From Camelus ferus (lineage: Eukaryota): a stretch of 64,000 nt of DNA. Every line of letters begins with the position of its first letter. The first letter of the stretch is position 1. The position numbers and the translations under genes were made by a program. The notes under the pieces were generated by a model. That model made no database searches. It had not been told where the DNA came from and was given only the letters and a program-made list of their open reading frames with translations. Positions 1 through 11,700 of the stretch are shown piece by piece. The stretch is taken from contig NC_045697.1 in the NCBI RefSeq assembly GCF_009834535.1, forward strand, positions 46,998,001-47,062,000, read 5' to 3'.

Positions 1-3000
1 TTCTTCAGGCTAAAGAAAGATAAAAACACATGGCAAGTTCAACATACACAAGAAATCTATGCATGCCAATATCATAAATATGTGGTAAATCTAACAAATA
101 TTTTAGTCATTTTTGAGGTTTCTTTAAGAAATAAGAAAATATTTTAAAATAATAGTAATAGTATTTTGAGGTATATAATATGGGAAAAATTATCACAACA
201 ATGTAACAATGGATTGAAGCATGAAATGGAAGTATATAGCTCCAAAATTATTACAGTATGCATAAAATGATATAATATTTTTGAAAATAGATTATAAGGT
301 AAATAATGCACAAACTAAGTGAAATAAAACATAGGTTGCTAATACAAAAATGTATCTAAAAACAAACACTACAAAATATTCAATTAAACAAATTCAAATG
401 GAAACAGAAAAAGCAGAAAGAGGAAAAGAGAATACAAAGACAAAAAGAAAACAAATAGGATAATGGTAAAACTAACCTCAACCATGTTAATAATCATGCT
501 ACATATAAACTGTCTAAAATTTCCAGTAAAAAAGCAAAGATTTTTCAAACTGAACAAAAAATCATGACTGAATCATAGACTATTCACCAAAAAGTGAACT
601 TACAATATAAAGACACAGATTAAAAGTAAAAGAATGGAAGAACAAAAAACATGCACACACTAAAAGAAAACTGAAGCAGCTATAGCAGAATCAGGAAAAG
701 TACACTTCAGGAGAAGGATATAACAGAAAATAAAATAGACTTTTCCAAGTGACAAGTGTCAATTAGCTAAGAAAAAAGAGCAATATTTAATGTGTAAACT
801 CTAAATAATAGTACTTCAAAATACTTAAAGCAAAAGTTGAAAGAACTAAAAAGAAAAAGAGACAAATCCAAAAAGACAGTTGGAGATTTCAACACTTCAA
901 CAAATCAATAGAATACAAAGACACAAAAAATGAGGACAGACAAAACTTGAATGGCAAAATTAACCTACCTGACATAACTGACATTATAGAACTCATTCCA
1001 ACAAAGCAAGCTTAAATAAACTTAAAAGGATTAACATTATATAGAGCTTATATTCTGATCATAATGGTATTAAACTAGAAATCAATTTAAAAATATCTGG
1101 AAATGCCCAAATAGTTAGAAATTAAACAACACTCTTCTGAAGAACACATAGATCAAGTGAAAACACAAAAAGTGAAATTAAAAACTATTTGACCTCATAG
1201 AAAAAAATATACAACACATCAAAATTTGTGGGATGTAATGAAAGCTGAGCTTAAAGGAAATTTATTGGTTTGATTTAAATATTCATGTTGAAAAAGAAGA
1301 GCCTAAAATAAGTGATATGAAGTTCCACTTTATGAAGCTAAAATCAAATAGAATATTAAGTATAAAAATGTAAAATAAAAGAAATAATACTGATATGCTA
1401 AATCAGTTAACATATAACTAAAAATAGAGACAAACAATAAAAAAAAAAAAGCTAGTTCTCCAAAAAAAATGGAAAAACCTCTAACTAGACTAATCAAGGA
1501 AAAAAGAAGAGAGAAAGAGCAAACAAGTAAATTCAACAATTTATGTGAAAAGAACAAACTACTTGAAAGACAGAAATTACCAACAGTGCACAAAACAGCC
1601 CTAGATGTAGTAAGGTAATTAAATTTGTAAACAAAAATTTTCTCACAAAGAAAAGCAAAACCACAAGCCCAAATAGCTTTCTAGCTGAAATTTAGCAAAC
1701 GGTTAAGGAAGGAATCATTCTAATGCTACAGAAAATATTTTAGAACATAAAGAGGAGGGAACACTACCAAACTCACTTTAAATGGCAAGCATTACCTTGA
1801 TACCAAACCAAAGACATTACAAAAATAAGACAACTCAGAGACCAGTAACTCTCATGAACACAGATGCAAAAAGAAAAAAATCATAGTATTAACAAATGAA
1901 ATCCAGCAACATTGTAAAAGTTAATGCATAATGACCATGTAGGGTATACCCAAAGAATGTATGGTTGGTTTAACATTTGAAAATTAATCAATTTACTTAA
2001 TCAAACTAGGGTATTAAGGAGAAAAATAATAGTCATCTCAATAGATACAGAAAGTTCATTTGACAAAATTGTATACACAATCATGTTAAAAATTATCAAC
2101 AAATTGGAAATAAAAGAACCTTCTTCAACCTGATAAAGGATACCTATGAAAAAAAAAGCCTGTAAGTAATATCATAATGGAGAAAGCTTGAACACTTTCT
2201 CCCTAAAATAGGAAGCAAAGCAAGAATATCCTCTCACTACTCCTACTTAATAATTCCCCTACTCTACCCAGTGCAATGACATAAGAAAACAAAATAAAAC
2301 AACACAAAAGCATGCAGAGTGGAAAGGAAGAAGTAAAACTGTCTGTACATAGACAACCCTACAGAATCTAAAAAAAAAAAAAAAAATAGAACTAATACAT
2401 GATTTTAACAGCCACAATATAGAATGTCTGTATACAAAAATCATCTGTATATCTAAATACTTGGAGCAAACCACTGGAAAATATAACTTTTAAAATTCTA
2501 CTTATAATAGCATTAAAATATGAATTACTTAATGATAAATTTAACAAAATATATGAATTACTTGTAGAGTGACAACAACAAAAAATATTGCTGAAAGAAA
2601 TTAATGAAAAATTAAAGAAAAATTTTAAAGGTGGTTTCATATACTATGATCATGGATTGAAGATTCAATATTTAAGATTCAATATTTAAGATGATTTAGA
2701 CATTTGACAGAATCCCAGATAAAAATCCCATCATGCCTATTTTGTGGACATTTACAAATTTATTCTAAAAATTATAAAAACACAAAGAACCTAGAACACT
2801 AAACACGACTTTGAAAAAGAACAAAGGTGAAAGATATACACTACCTTATTTCAAGATTCACTGTAAAGCTATCAAGAATTAATACAGTGATACTGACAAA
2901 ATGTACAATGGAATAGAATAGTTAGCTTGGAAAAAGAACCACACCTGAATTAATTTTCAAGCCCAGTGTCTAAGTACTTTGATGGAAAGGGACAGTTCAT

Positions 3001-3395
3001 TCAACAAATACTGTTGGAACAGCTTACTATCAAAAGGTTTAAAAGTGAACCTCATCTACTCTGCCACACAAATTTTAACCTAAAATGTATTTTAAACTTA
3101 AACATAAAAGTTAATGGAATAAAACTTCAAAACAAAACATAGGAGAAAATCTCCATGACCTTTATGGTCAGATTTTCTTAGAACATAAAGCATTATTGAA
3201 GAAAAACTTGATAAACTGGACTTCATCAATATTAAAACTTTTGGCATTAAAAGTTTTCCAAAATTTAAAAAAGAATCCTTACAACACAATACTAGGGAAA
3301 TGAATTATCCAATTTTTTAAAGGGGCAAAAAATTGACAAGACATTTAATAAAGTAAATATATGAATGACTAATAAGGACATGAAAAGATGCTCAA
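1..3395 (+). mobile_element. Ancient decayed LINE-1 (L1M-type): inter-ORF region and ORF2 remnant, host element part 1
   Basis: A-rich. Endonuclease motif remnant ggagatttcaacact (GDFNT) near 882. RT-region remnants at ~1900-2070 resemble ORF2 IQQH..HDQVGFIPGMQGWFNI and ISIDAEKAFDKI. Many stops and frameshifts. Confidence 0.92.
2660..2692. repeat. 14-bp tandem duplication (aagattcaatattt x2 plus partial copy) inside L1
   Basis: Direct reading: 2660-2673 equals 2674-2687, followed by aagat. Confidence 0.9.
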
Positions 3396-5907
3396 CAGAA
3401 CTTATGCTTCTGGCCAAGATGGAGTTTCAGAAAAAAAGATTTTTCCTCCTGCCTGAAAAACTAAAATACTGGATAAGTATGTGAAACAATGGTTCTCAAG
3501 ACATTGGAAATCAAGCAATGAGAGATCAGCTAACCTAACAAGATTACTCCTACGATGGCTTCAACATACCACTTGGAGAAAATGTCCAGGCCATGGTGTA
3601 TAACAGGAGAAATTAGATGGAATGCAAAAGTCTCCCTGAGTTGAAGAAAATGTTGTAAGTCTGTGACAGTCAAGACAGCCAGACTTTGTAGGACACAGTA
3701 CCAAAGAGAAGAGAACTGAGAAGACAGAGAATTCTAGAGATCTGAAGAAGGTCTTCTCTGAGTATTCAGGATTTATGACAAGAAACTACTAAAAACTGGA
3801 GAGAAGACATCAAGAAGCATTAGAAAAGACACTGCCCAGAGCACACCCAGAGCCAGACTTGTTTGTTCTTATCAGACAGATTGTAAAGGCTCACACTTCA
3901 TGGAGATTTGGTAGAGCGTTCAGAAGTGTTTTCCCGCAGTACTGGGGTAAATTAGCCATTGATTAAATAGTGTTATGGTCGTGTTTAACAAAGCTTAAAA
4001 GCAAGAACTGAAAGAATCAAGCTGTTTCCAAGTACCACAACATAAATACATAAATATTTAGAAATATTTACAGGATTGCAAAACTTCCAGGATCCAACAA
4101 GTTAAAATTTACAATGTCTGGTATCAAATTAAAAATTAAAAGGCATACAAATAAATGATCACAATGAGAAAAGTCAATAAAGTCAATGCAAAACAAATAT
4201 GACACAGATGATAGCATATACAAGTATATTAAAGTTATTCTAACTGTATTCAATATGTTCAAGAAGCTAGAGAAAAAACTGACATTTAAGCAGAGATATG
4301 AACAATATATTCTTTAAAAGGACCAAATTGTATTTCTAGAGTTGAAAGCAAGGTCTTAAATGAAAATACAACTGATGGGATTAACAGGGTAGATATTGCC
4401 AGAGAAGAGAATAGTGAGCTTTAAGACATAGTTAAGAAAAAAAAAAAAAAGTTATCCAAAAGTACTAGTACTAAACATTACTTGCACTAAACATGAAGTA
4501 AATCATAACACTTGAAGACAGACTGAGATAAGCTAAAAATTATACTATGAACACCAAAGCAACTACTAAAATAACACATCAAAAAATTATAAGTAACAAT
4601 AAAACAAAGGTGATAAAATTAAATCATTGAAAAAAATCTCTATTAATGCAAAAGAAAGCAGACGAGAAGGGAAAAGGGAACAAATAACAAACAAAAAAGC
4701 AAGATAGCAGAACTAAACCTAAACATACCAATGTAAATGACCTAGGACCTAAATGTCCCAAAAGCAAAGATTAGCAGATTAGATAGAAAAAGATCCAACA
4801 AAATGCTTCCCACAAGAAACACTGTTTATATATAAAGACACACTAGATTAAAGGTAAAAAGATGAGAAAAAATATACCAGGATAACACTAATCAAAGGCA
4901 CACTGAAGTGGCTCCATTAATATTAAAGTAAATTTCTGAGTAAACAATATCACTAGGGATAAAACGGATCACTCTACAAGGATAAAGAAGTCAATTCACC
5001 AAAGGACATACCAATTCTAACCATTTATTAACCTAATAACAGAGTTTCAAACACAGAAACTGACAGAACTGGAAGGAAAATAGATAAATCTACACTTAGG
5101 AGGAGATTTCAACTCTCCTCTCCCAATAATTGATAGAACAAGTAGACAGAAAATCATTAAAGACATAAAAGACAAACAACACTAACAACAAAATTGGTAT
5201 ACTTGGCATTAATAAAGAATTCCACCAACAATAGCAGAATATGCATTCTTTTCAAGTGCACATGATCATTTACCAAGACAGAACTGTATTCTGGGTCATA
5301 AAACAAGTCTAATAAATTTAAAGGATTTCAAGTCTTATAAGGTATACGGACTATCTGACCACAAACAGATTAAACTGGAAATGTATAAAAGTATCTGAAG
5401 AACTCTCAAATAACAAACTTCATGGGTCAAAGAAGAAGTCAAAAGAGAAATTATAAAGTATTTTGAATTGAATGAGAATGAAAAATACAACATATCAAAA
5501 TCTATGGGATGTTTTTAAGGCAGTACTTGGAGGGAAATATATAGCACTAAATGTCTCTATTAAAATAGGTCTTAAATCAATAACCCCACGTTCCTTAGAA
5601 AAGGAAAAACAATTAAACCCAAAGTAATTAAAAGAAATAAAATAATAAAAATCAGAGCAAATATGAATTGAATAGAAAACAGAAAATCAATTGAAAAAAT
5701 CAATGCTTTTCAAAGTGCTTCTTTAGGAAGACCAATAAAATTAATAAATCTCTAACAAGACTAACGGGGAACAAAAAAAGAGATAACACAGATAGCTAAT
5801 GCCAGGAATAACAGAGGCAACTTCACTACAGATTCTGCACATATTAAAAGGACAATAAGGGAACAGTAAACAACTTTATTCTAGTGGATTTGACACCTTA
5901 GATTAAA
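3396..5907 (+). mobile_element. Second L1 nested in the first: 5'UTR, ORF1 N-terminal part, internal deletion, inter-ORF region and ORF2 endonuclease region; 3'-truncated
   Basis: Starts with cttctggccaagatggag, typical of old L1 5' ends. EN motifs GDFNSPL (~5103) and SDH (~5355). Flanked by direct repeat aaaagatgctcaa at 3383-3395 and 5908-5920. Confidence 0.8.
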
Positions 5908-6660
5908 AAAAGATGCTCAATATCATTAATCAGTAGGGAAATGCAAAGCAAAACAAACATATGATACCACTCGACATCATTTTGAATGCTAAAATTAAAG
6001 AGATTAACCTTTTCAAAGGTTGGTGAGGAAGCAAAGCAATTGGAATTTTCATTTACTGTTAATGGGAATGTACAATAGTAACCACTTTGGAAAACTTGTT
6101 TGCAGTTTTTAAAAGGTTAAACATATACCTGACTCATAACCTAGCCATTCTGCTCCTATGTATTTACCAAAATGAAAGCACATGTCTATTCAAAAATTTA
6201 AACACAAATGTTCATAGCAATTTTATTTGTATAACTAAAAAGTAGAAACAGTCCAGATGCCAATCAACAGGTGAATGGAATGTACATTGGTATATCCATA
6301 CGGTGGAATGCTACTCAACAATAAAAAGCATGAACTACTATATACACAACATCCTTGATAAAAATTAAAATAATTGTGCTAAGTGAAAGATGACAAATAA
6401 GAGTACATAATATATGATCCTTCATATATAAAATTCTAGAATTTTCAAACTACTTATAATAACAGAAAATAGATGGAGGTTGGGAGGGGAAAAGAGGAAT
6501 TTCAAAAGGGCACAATGAAACTCTTTGGATATGGATAGTGCATTATCTTGATTACATGACGGTTTCACAAATGTATACGTATCTTAAAACCTATCAAATT
6601 GTACACTTGCAATATGTACAACTTATTATACCAATTGTGACTTGGAAAAGTTGATTTAAA
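5908..6660 (+). mobile_element. Continuation of host L1: ORF2 C-terminal region and 3'UTR
   Basis: aaagatgctcaatatcattaatcagtagggaaatgcaaa, accactttggaaaac and ggaatgctactcaacaataaaaag are typical L1 3' motifs. It resumes where the host L1 broke off at 3395. Confidence 0.88.
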
Positions 6661-6758
6661 AGTACTCAACCTCTTTAATTATCAGAGAAATACGAATTAA
6701 AACCAGAATGAAGTTAGCACTGAACACTCACTAGAATGGCTAAATAAATATGATGATA

Positions 6759-6968
6759 CCAAAAGTTGAGAGTTACGTTTTATTTGGCGGGAGGACTCAA
6801 GCCAGGAGGACAGCCTCTCAGATCACGCTGAGGGACTGCTCCGAAGGGGTAGGGGAGGAGCTAGGATAAATAGGAGCTTTACAACAAAGACCAGGTATTT
6901 GGAACAATAAAAGATTACTTGTTATCTAAAGAAAACCAGGCATCTCACGTTAAAAAATTTAGTGCTTT
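6759..6968 (-). mobile_element. ERV solo LTR (cetartiodactyl/camelid ERV1-like), left segment
   Basis: aaaagttgagagttacgttttatttggcgggaggactcaagccaggaggacagcctctcagat...gactgctcc resembles artiodactyl ERV1 LTRs. Minus-strand AATAAA (ttttatt ~6778). Retains CpGs, so relatively young. Left terminus appears clipped. Confidence 0.7.
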
Positions 6969-6973
6969 CAGGG

Positions 6974-6996
6974 TCTACCACTGAGCTATACCCTCC
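6974..6996 (-). mobile_element. Truncated head of an antisense tRNA-derived SINE (Vic-1-like)
   Basis: Reverse complement reads GGAGGGTATAGCTCAGTGGTAGA, containing a pol III A box. Confidence 0.7.
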
Positions 6997-6999
6997 TTG

Positions 7000-7530
7000 C
7001 CAGGTCAGTTTCTTAACACCGCTATGCCTCAGTGTCTCCTGTAAAATGGGGATAAAAGTAGTTCCTATTCATTAGAACTCTGTGAGAATTAAATGAGATA
7101 AGGTATGTCGGCATTTAGAAAATGCCTGGAAGAGAGTAAGCACTCAGGAATGTTAGTCACGACTATTAGGTGCTTTACAGATGATGAAACCGAACGAAGC
7201 TCATAAAGATTTAATACCTTAGGTACATTATAACTTGGAGGAGGTATGGCACCACATTTAAGAACTCTGGAGCCATGCAGACCTCATTCACATTACTTTT
7301 CTGTCATTTATCATGTATCCAACCCTGAACAAATAATTTCTCTCAGCCTTCATTTCTCTATTTGTAAAATGGAGATGATAATTGGGAATAATATCCACTT
7401 CATGCTTATTATGAAGATTAAATGAGATCATGTGTTTAACGTGCCTGGTCCAAAGAACGCACTCAGAAAATAGGAGCCACTCTTACTGCCCAAAGTTACC
7501 CAACTGACAAGTGGTCGGACCAGGATTTAA
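7000..7530. mobile_element. Cluster of MIR fragments in both orientations, carried inside the retrocopy
   Basis: MIR cores gcctcagtgtctcctgtaaaatgggg (~7026), tttacagatgatgaaac (~7175) and ctcagccttcatttctctatttgtaaaatggag (~7342). Confidence 0.85.
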
Positions 7531-7542
7531 ATGCAATGGCTC

Positions 7543-7698
7543 TAGGGCAGGGAAGGAAATGGCTCAGTGGGGGAGTGTGTGTTTTGCGTGCCTGGGGTCC
7601 CGGGTTCAGTCCCTAGTGCCTCCATTTAAATAAATAAATAGATAGATAAACTTAGTTACCTGCCCCCTAGGGAAAAAAAAAGCAGTACATATATTAAA
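7543..7698 (+). mobile_element. tRNA-derived SINE, camelid Vic-1-like
   Basis: A box TGGCTCAGTGG at 7560-7570, B box GGTTCAGTCCC at 7603-7613, AT-rich (taaa)n middle and A-rich tail. Perfect 14-bp TSD aaatgcaatggctc at 7529-7542 and 7699-7712. Family name is from recall. Confidence 0.85.
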
Positions 7699-7851
7699 AA
7701 ATGCAATGGCTCCGAATTTCAAGTGCTTGCCCTTTTTTAATAAACTCACTCACCAGCTCCTAGAATTCTGAAGAATTAGTAGATGCAACCAACACTTGGA
7801 AGGCTTTTTTCAAGTGCAATAAAATTAGTTAATTTTCCTCTTTAAAAAAAA

Positions 7852-8113
7852 AAAGAATTCAGTGCTTTTCTATGTATGGGAGGAAGCAAACATTTGGGCT
7901 CATTGAATTCATTCCTTTGACAAGCACTTAGCTATCTAGGGCCAGTATCCTGTCCTTTCTTATTCTGAGTCCCCTCAGGGTGCACCATTGTGAGTGGCTG
8001 CAGAGGCTGGGCTGCAGGCTTGTCTTCAATGAGGGGTGGCGGCAGCCGCTGATGACTTGATGGTTTCAGTATCCTTTGTTTACTGATACAGTTTGCAATA
8101 TTTTTTGTTCACA
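7852..8113 (-). mobile_element. ERV solo LTR, right segment
   Basis: Continues the LTR text after the TSD (agtgcttttctatgtatgggaggaagcaaacatttgggctcattgaattcattcctttga...) and ends in ...tgttcaCA at 8113. Confidence 0.72.
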
Positions 8114-8900
8114 TGACCAAGAGAAAACTGAAAACTTATACATGTCAAAGTTATCTAAATAAAATTTAAAGGAAAGTAACATTTAAGAACTATTCCAGCA
8201 CATATGATGAGTAAAGGGTTAATGTATTACTTAGCTTTTACAAATTAACAAAAACATTCACAGAGAGGATGAAAGAGAATATTCTACTCATTCAAAAAAA
8301 AAATTCAAGTAGACAAAAAATATAAAAATGTTCAAACTCATTACTGATGAATGAAATAATTAGAACATCAAATTGACAATATTGTCTTTTCCAATTGGGT
8401 AATATTTGTCTCCTATCACAATGGAAAAAATTTTAAATAATAACATTAGTATTGGTAAGAGTGTACTAAATTTTATACTCTGCTGGTGGAAATATATAAA
8501 GACATATTCTTAAAAGATGGCAATTGAGCAACATGAACCACAAAATATAAATAATTTCATATTCTTCTAGCTCTTGCACAAAATTTTGTTTAGGGATATT
8601 CATTATCCTGTGTTTATACTAGTGAATACGTGGAAAAAACCTAGATATCCAAAAAAAGATTACAGTACACTAATACGATAAATACTTGCAGACCCAGAGA
8701 AGTTATGCTGCAGAAGAACATAAGTTCATGAAAATATTCAAATACTATAATGAATATTATATTCAGTATGATTCCAAATTTACAAAGATATATGCCTGGG
8801 GCAAAAAAATAAGCCTTGACGTATACCAAGATTTTACATAATTCTTTCTGTGTTAATATTTCACTTAAAGGTGACTGTTTTTTTCTTCTCACTTTTCCAA
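8114..8900 (+). mobile_element. Highly decayed L1 (L1ME-like) 3' fragments
   Basis: aaaatgttcaaactcattac, tgctggtggaaatataaa and tggaaaaaacctagatatcc are weak L1 3' motifs. Confidence 0.6.
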
Positions 8901-9464
8901 CACTTCTGAAATTTTTTATACTGAAGAATTACTTTCATAATTAGAAATTACTTTTTCTGATTATAAAGTAGTTTTTCTCTTCCTTTTACTCAAAAGATTT
9001 CACCAAGCACCCTTCCTGGTCGCAGCCAGTGTGTGATGTCCCCTCTGTCTGCTTCCCCAGCACCCTGGGCAGGACACAAATCTATCTCCTCAAGTAGGCT
9101 GCGAGCACTGAGAGGGACAGGACTGTGTCCTGTGCAATGAAGCACCCCGTGAATGCTGAGAGCCTGAAACATCTGGCAGAAAAGGCAAAAGTCAATACAA
9201 GAAATGGAGAGAGGAGTTGGAAGAGAGCTGGGGTAGGAGAAGAGCATTTTCACCCCACCTCACCACCACAAGCACAGGTAAATGTAAACCTATATAATGT
9301 AGGTTTGCCTTCTTTTTCTCCTTCAAGATTTAGAAGAATAAAAGCCAGTTAGTTAATGTTTCCTAATCCCTTAGTTCAATTTACAACATTGGTACTCAGA
9401 CCACACCTCTTACAGCCAATTGGACTCCAGTAGTTAACTGCCCCAATTCAATCCCTCAGGACTA

Positions 9465-9660
9465 AGAGGCAGTGAAGCACAATGATAAACAAGAAGAGCC
9501 CTGGGGTCAGACTTCCTTGGGGCAAACGCTGGCCCCACCTCTTAACTAGCTACATAACCTTGAACGAATTCTCTGTGCCCCGTTTCCCCTTGTAAAATAG
9601 GATGACTTTAAGATTAAATGAGTTGCTATATGTATTTAAAACAGCCTGTAATAAAGGGCT
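9465..9660 (+). mobile_element. MIR SINE
   Basis: ctggggtcagacttcc...ctctgtgccccgtttccccttgtaaaatagga...agattaaatgag. Confidence 0.8.
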
Positions 9661-10247
9661 ACATATGATGCTGGTAAAGTAAAATCATAAAGACTGTATT
9701 ATCCAGGACATGTAGCAGATAGGCTTTTTGGTTAATATTTACCATAAACATGGCACCAGAATCAGTGAGTCTGTTGTCAGACATGTGTATGGTTGACTAA
9801 CCTGTCCTGACAAAGTATTTATAATCATTCATTGGAAAAAAAATTCAGAAATTAATGAATCCAGATAGATTTTCAAGGCTTTCACAATTTTCACATAAGC
9901 ACTAAAAAGTCATTCTTATTCCTGCTGTAACTTGTAATAGACACCAAATCTGAACAGCACAGAAAACTATAAAAGAGATGTTATTCTGATGAGAAACTTT
10001 TACAGTCAATATCTAATTATTCGTCATCAAAGTGCAGCTTCATCAAATTACAACTTTACTGTTCTTTTTAGTTCCATAGTTCCAACAAATGACAGTTTAA
10101 AATTGTAAACAAATAAAGACTTCTTTCCATTTCCTTGTTTCTATCATGCATTTGCAAACTTATAATTTCTAAATTAATTCAGCTATAAGGATCAAAGAGA
10201 GGTGACAGATTTCCGTGTCTGCTCTGATGCTTTCACTCACTCTCCTC

Positions 10248-10249
10248 TT

Positions 10250-10301
<52 letters not shown>

Positions 10302-10310
10302 TGTGTGTGT
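10248..10310. repeat. Compound (CT)n(GT)n microsatellite
   Basis: Direct reading. Confidence 0.97.
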
Positions 10311-11700
10311 CTCACCAACAGTTCCTGTATGTCAACAGAGACATGGTGCTGAGAAGAAAGCTTGGTGTGGAGACTGGGTCAGAGGCACAAAATGACATGT
10401 TTATGACAAGGCACAAACTGTTGTTTTACCTCATCTGCAAGATTTTGTTTGTCTTTTTCAGCCTCAGTAGAGTCTATATTCCATATTAAATGCCAAACAA
10501 GCCCCCTATGACATTGTGGAAAATTCATTCTGTCTTAATAGTGGCAGAGTCAGTGGCTCAGAGCAGCCGAAATGGGCCAAGGGAGTGCCTGACAGCTGCA
10601 GCTGCAAAAGAGAGAGAGAAAGGGAGAGAGAGGGGAGGCACTTCCTTCCTCTAAGCGCAAAGCACCGCAAAGCGCCCTGGATGGCTCCTAAACACAACCG
10701 GCCCTTTTGGCAGAGCTTCTGCATATTGGGTGTGCAAAACAGTTGCCTGTAGGCTTGTTTAAAAGAATAGAAAGAAAAAATAAGTGAGAGAGAGGAGAAA
10801 AAAGACATTTAATTAAGCCATAGAGCTAAGGAAATAAGAGGTTTCCAATTCCACCTCTATTACTAAATCAAATTTAATTTAAAAATAAAAATTGTCAATT
10901 TCAATGTCAAATGAATTCATACTAGCCTGCTTTTTCTACTTTGAATCTACTATGCCTATGCATACTGGGTTTTATACCTTCTGAAGAAAATTTTAAGTTT
11001 AGAGGGAAGCTATCCCTGTATATAAACATATGTCAAAATAAGAATATGCAGGAAAGTGTCTAAGATTTCCAAAATACTGTCATTAATTAAAATATACTGG
11101 GCAGCCACCAGATACACAGAACTATTCTAGGAACAATGTAATAAGATTTGATATGTGTCTTCAAACAAACAAACAAAAAAACAAGCTTAAGGTTTAAATA
11201 TTTCAGGTAAATCTACTTTTTCTTCCCTAAATTACCCAAATTATCACATCAACTGTTGACTTATATTTTTGATGACAACTCAACTTAAATTGTAAACACT
11301 TTTAATGAAGGTACCAGGAAATATCCCTTTGGAATAAAAGAGAAAAAAAATAAATGAATAAAAATAAAAAGCCTCTATCATTTTCTGCACCATCACCACC
11401 TCCAGCAGTTTCATAAGAAGAACAAAAATATTAGTATCAGTAAGTAACGATATTTAGGCATCGATGTCTTTCAAAAATTCTAAACATGTTATGAATATTA
11501 GCTAATTTATTTATCATGACAGAATGGACAAGGATTGTTTATTACAGACTCTCTGAAATTTCTAGTTACAGTTGAGAGCATTTTATTAAAAGGGTTGTCA
11601 AATAATTGCAACATCTTTGTAATGTCTTAGAAGAAATTAAGAGTCAACGTTATTGATATAAGTATTCCTAGCCATGTGTTCCTATTCTTTGCTTTTTAAG

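Larger units (their letters stand above)
6969..7851 (+). pseudogene. Retrocopy (L1-mediated TPRT insertion) of a non-coding polyadenylated RNA segment such as a 3'UTR, lncRNA end or orphan transduction
   Basis: 17-bp TSD with 2 mismatches (aaaaaatttagtgcttt 6952-6968 / aaagaattcagtgcttt 7852-7868). TT/AAAA endonuclease site. AATAAA at 7818-7823 followed ~20 nt later by an A-run. It interrupts an otherwise continuous LTR. Confidence 0.8.

Noticed and set aside
7543..7625. tRNA gene
   Set aside because: A and B boxes are present, but it continues into an AT-rich tail and is flanked by a 14-bp TSD, so it is a SINE.
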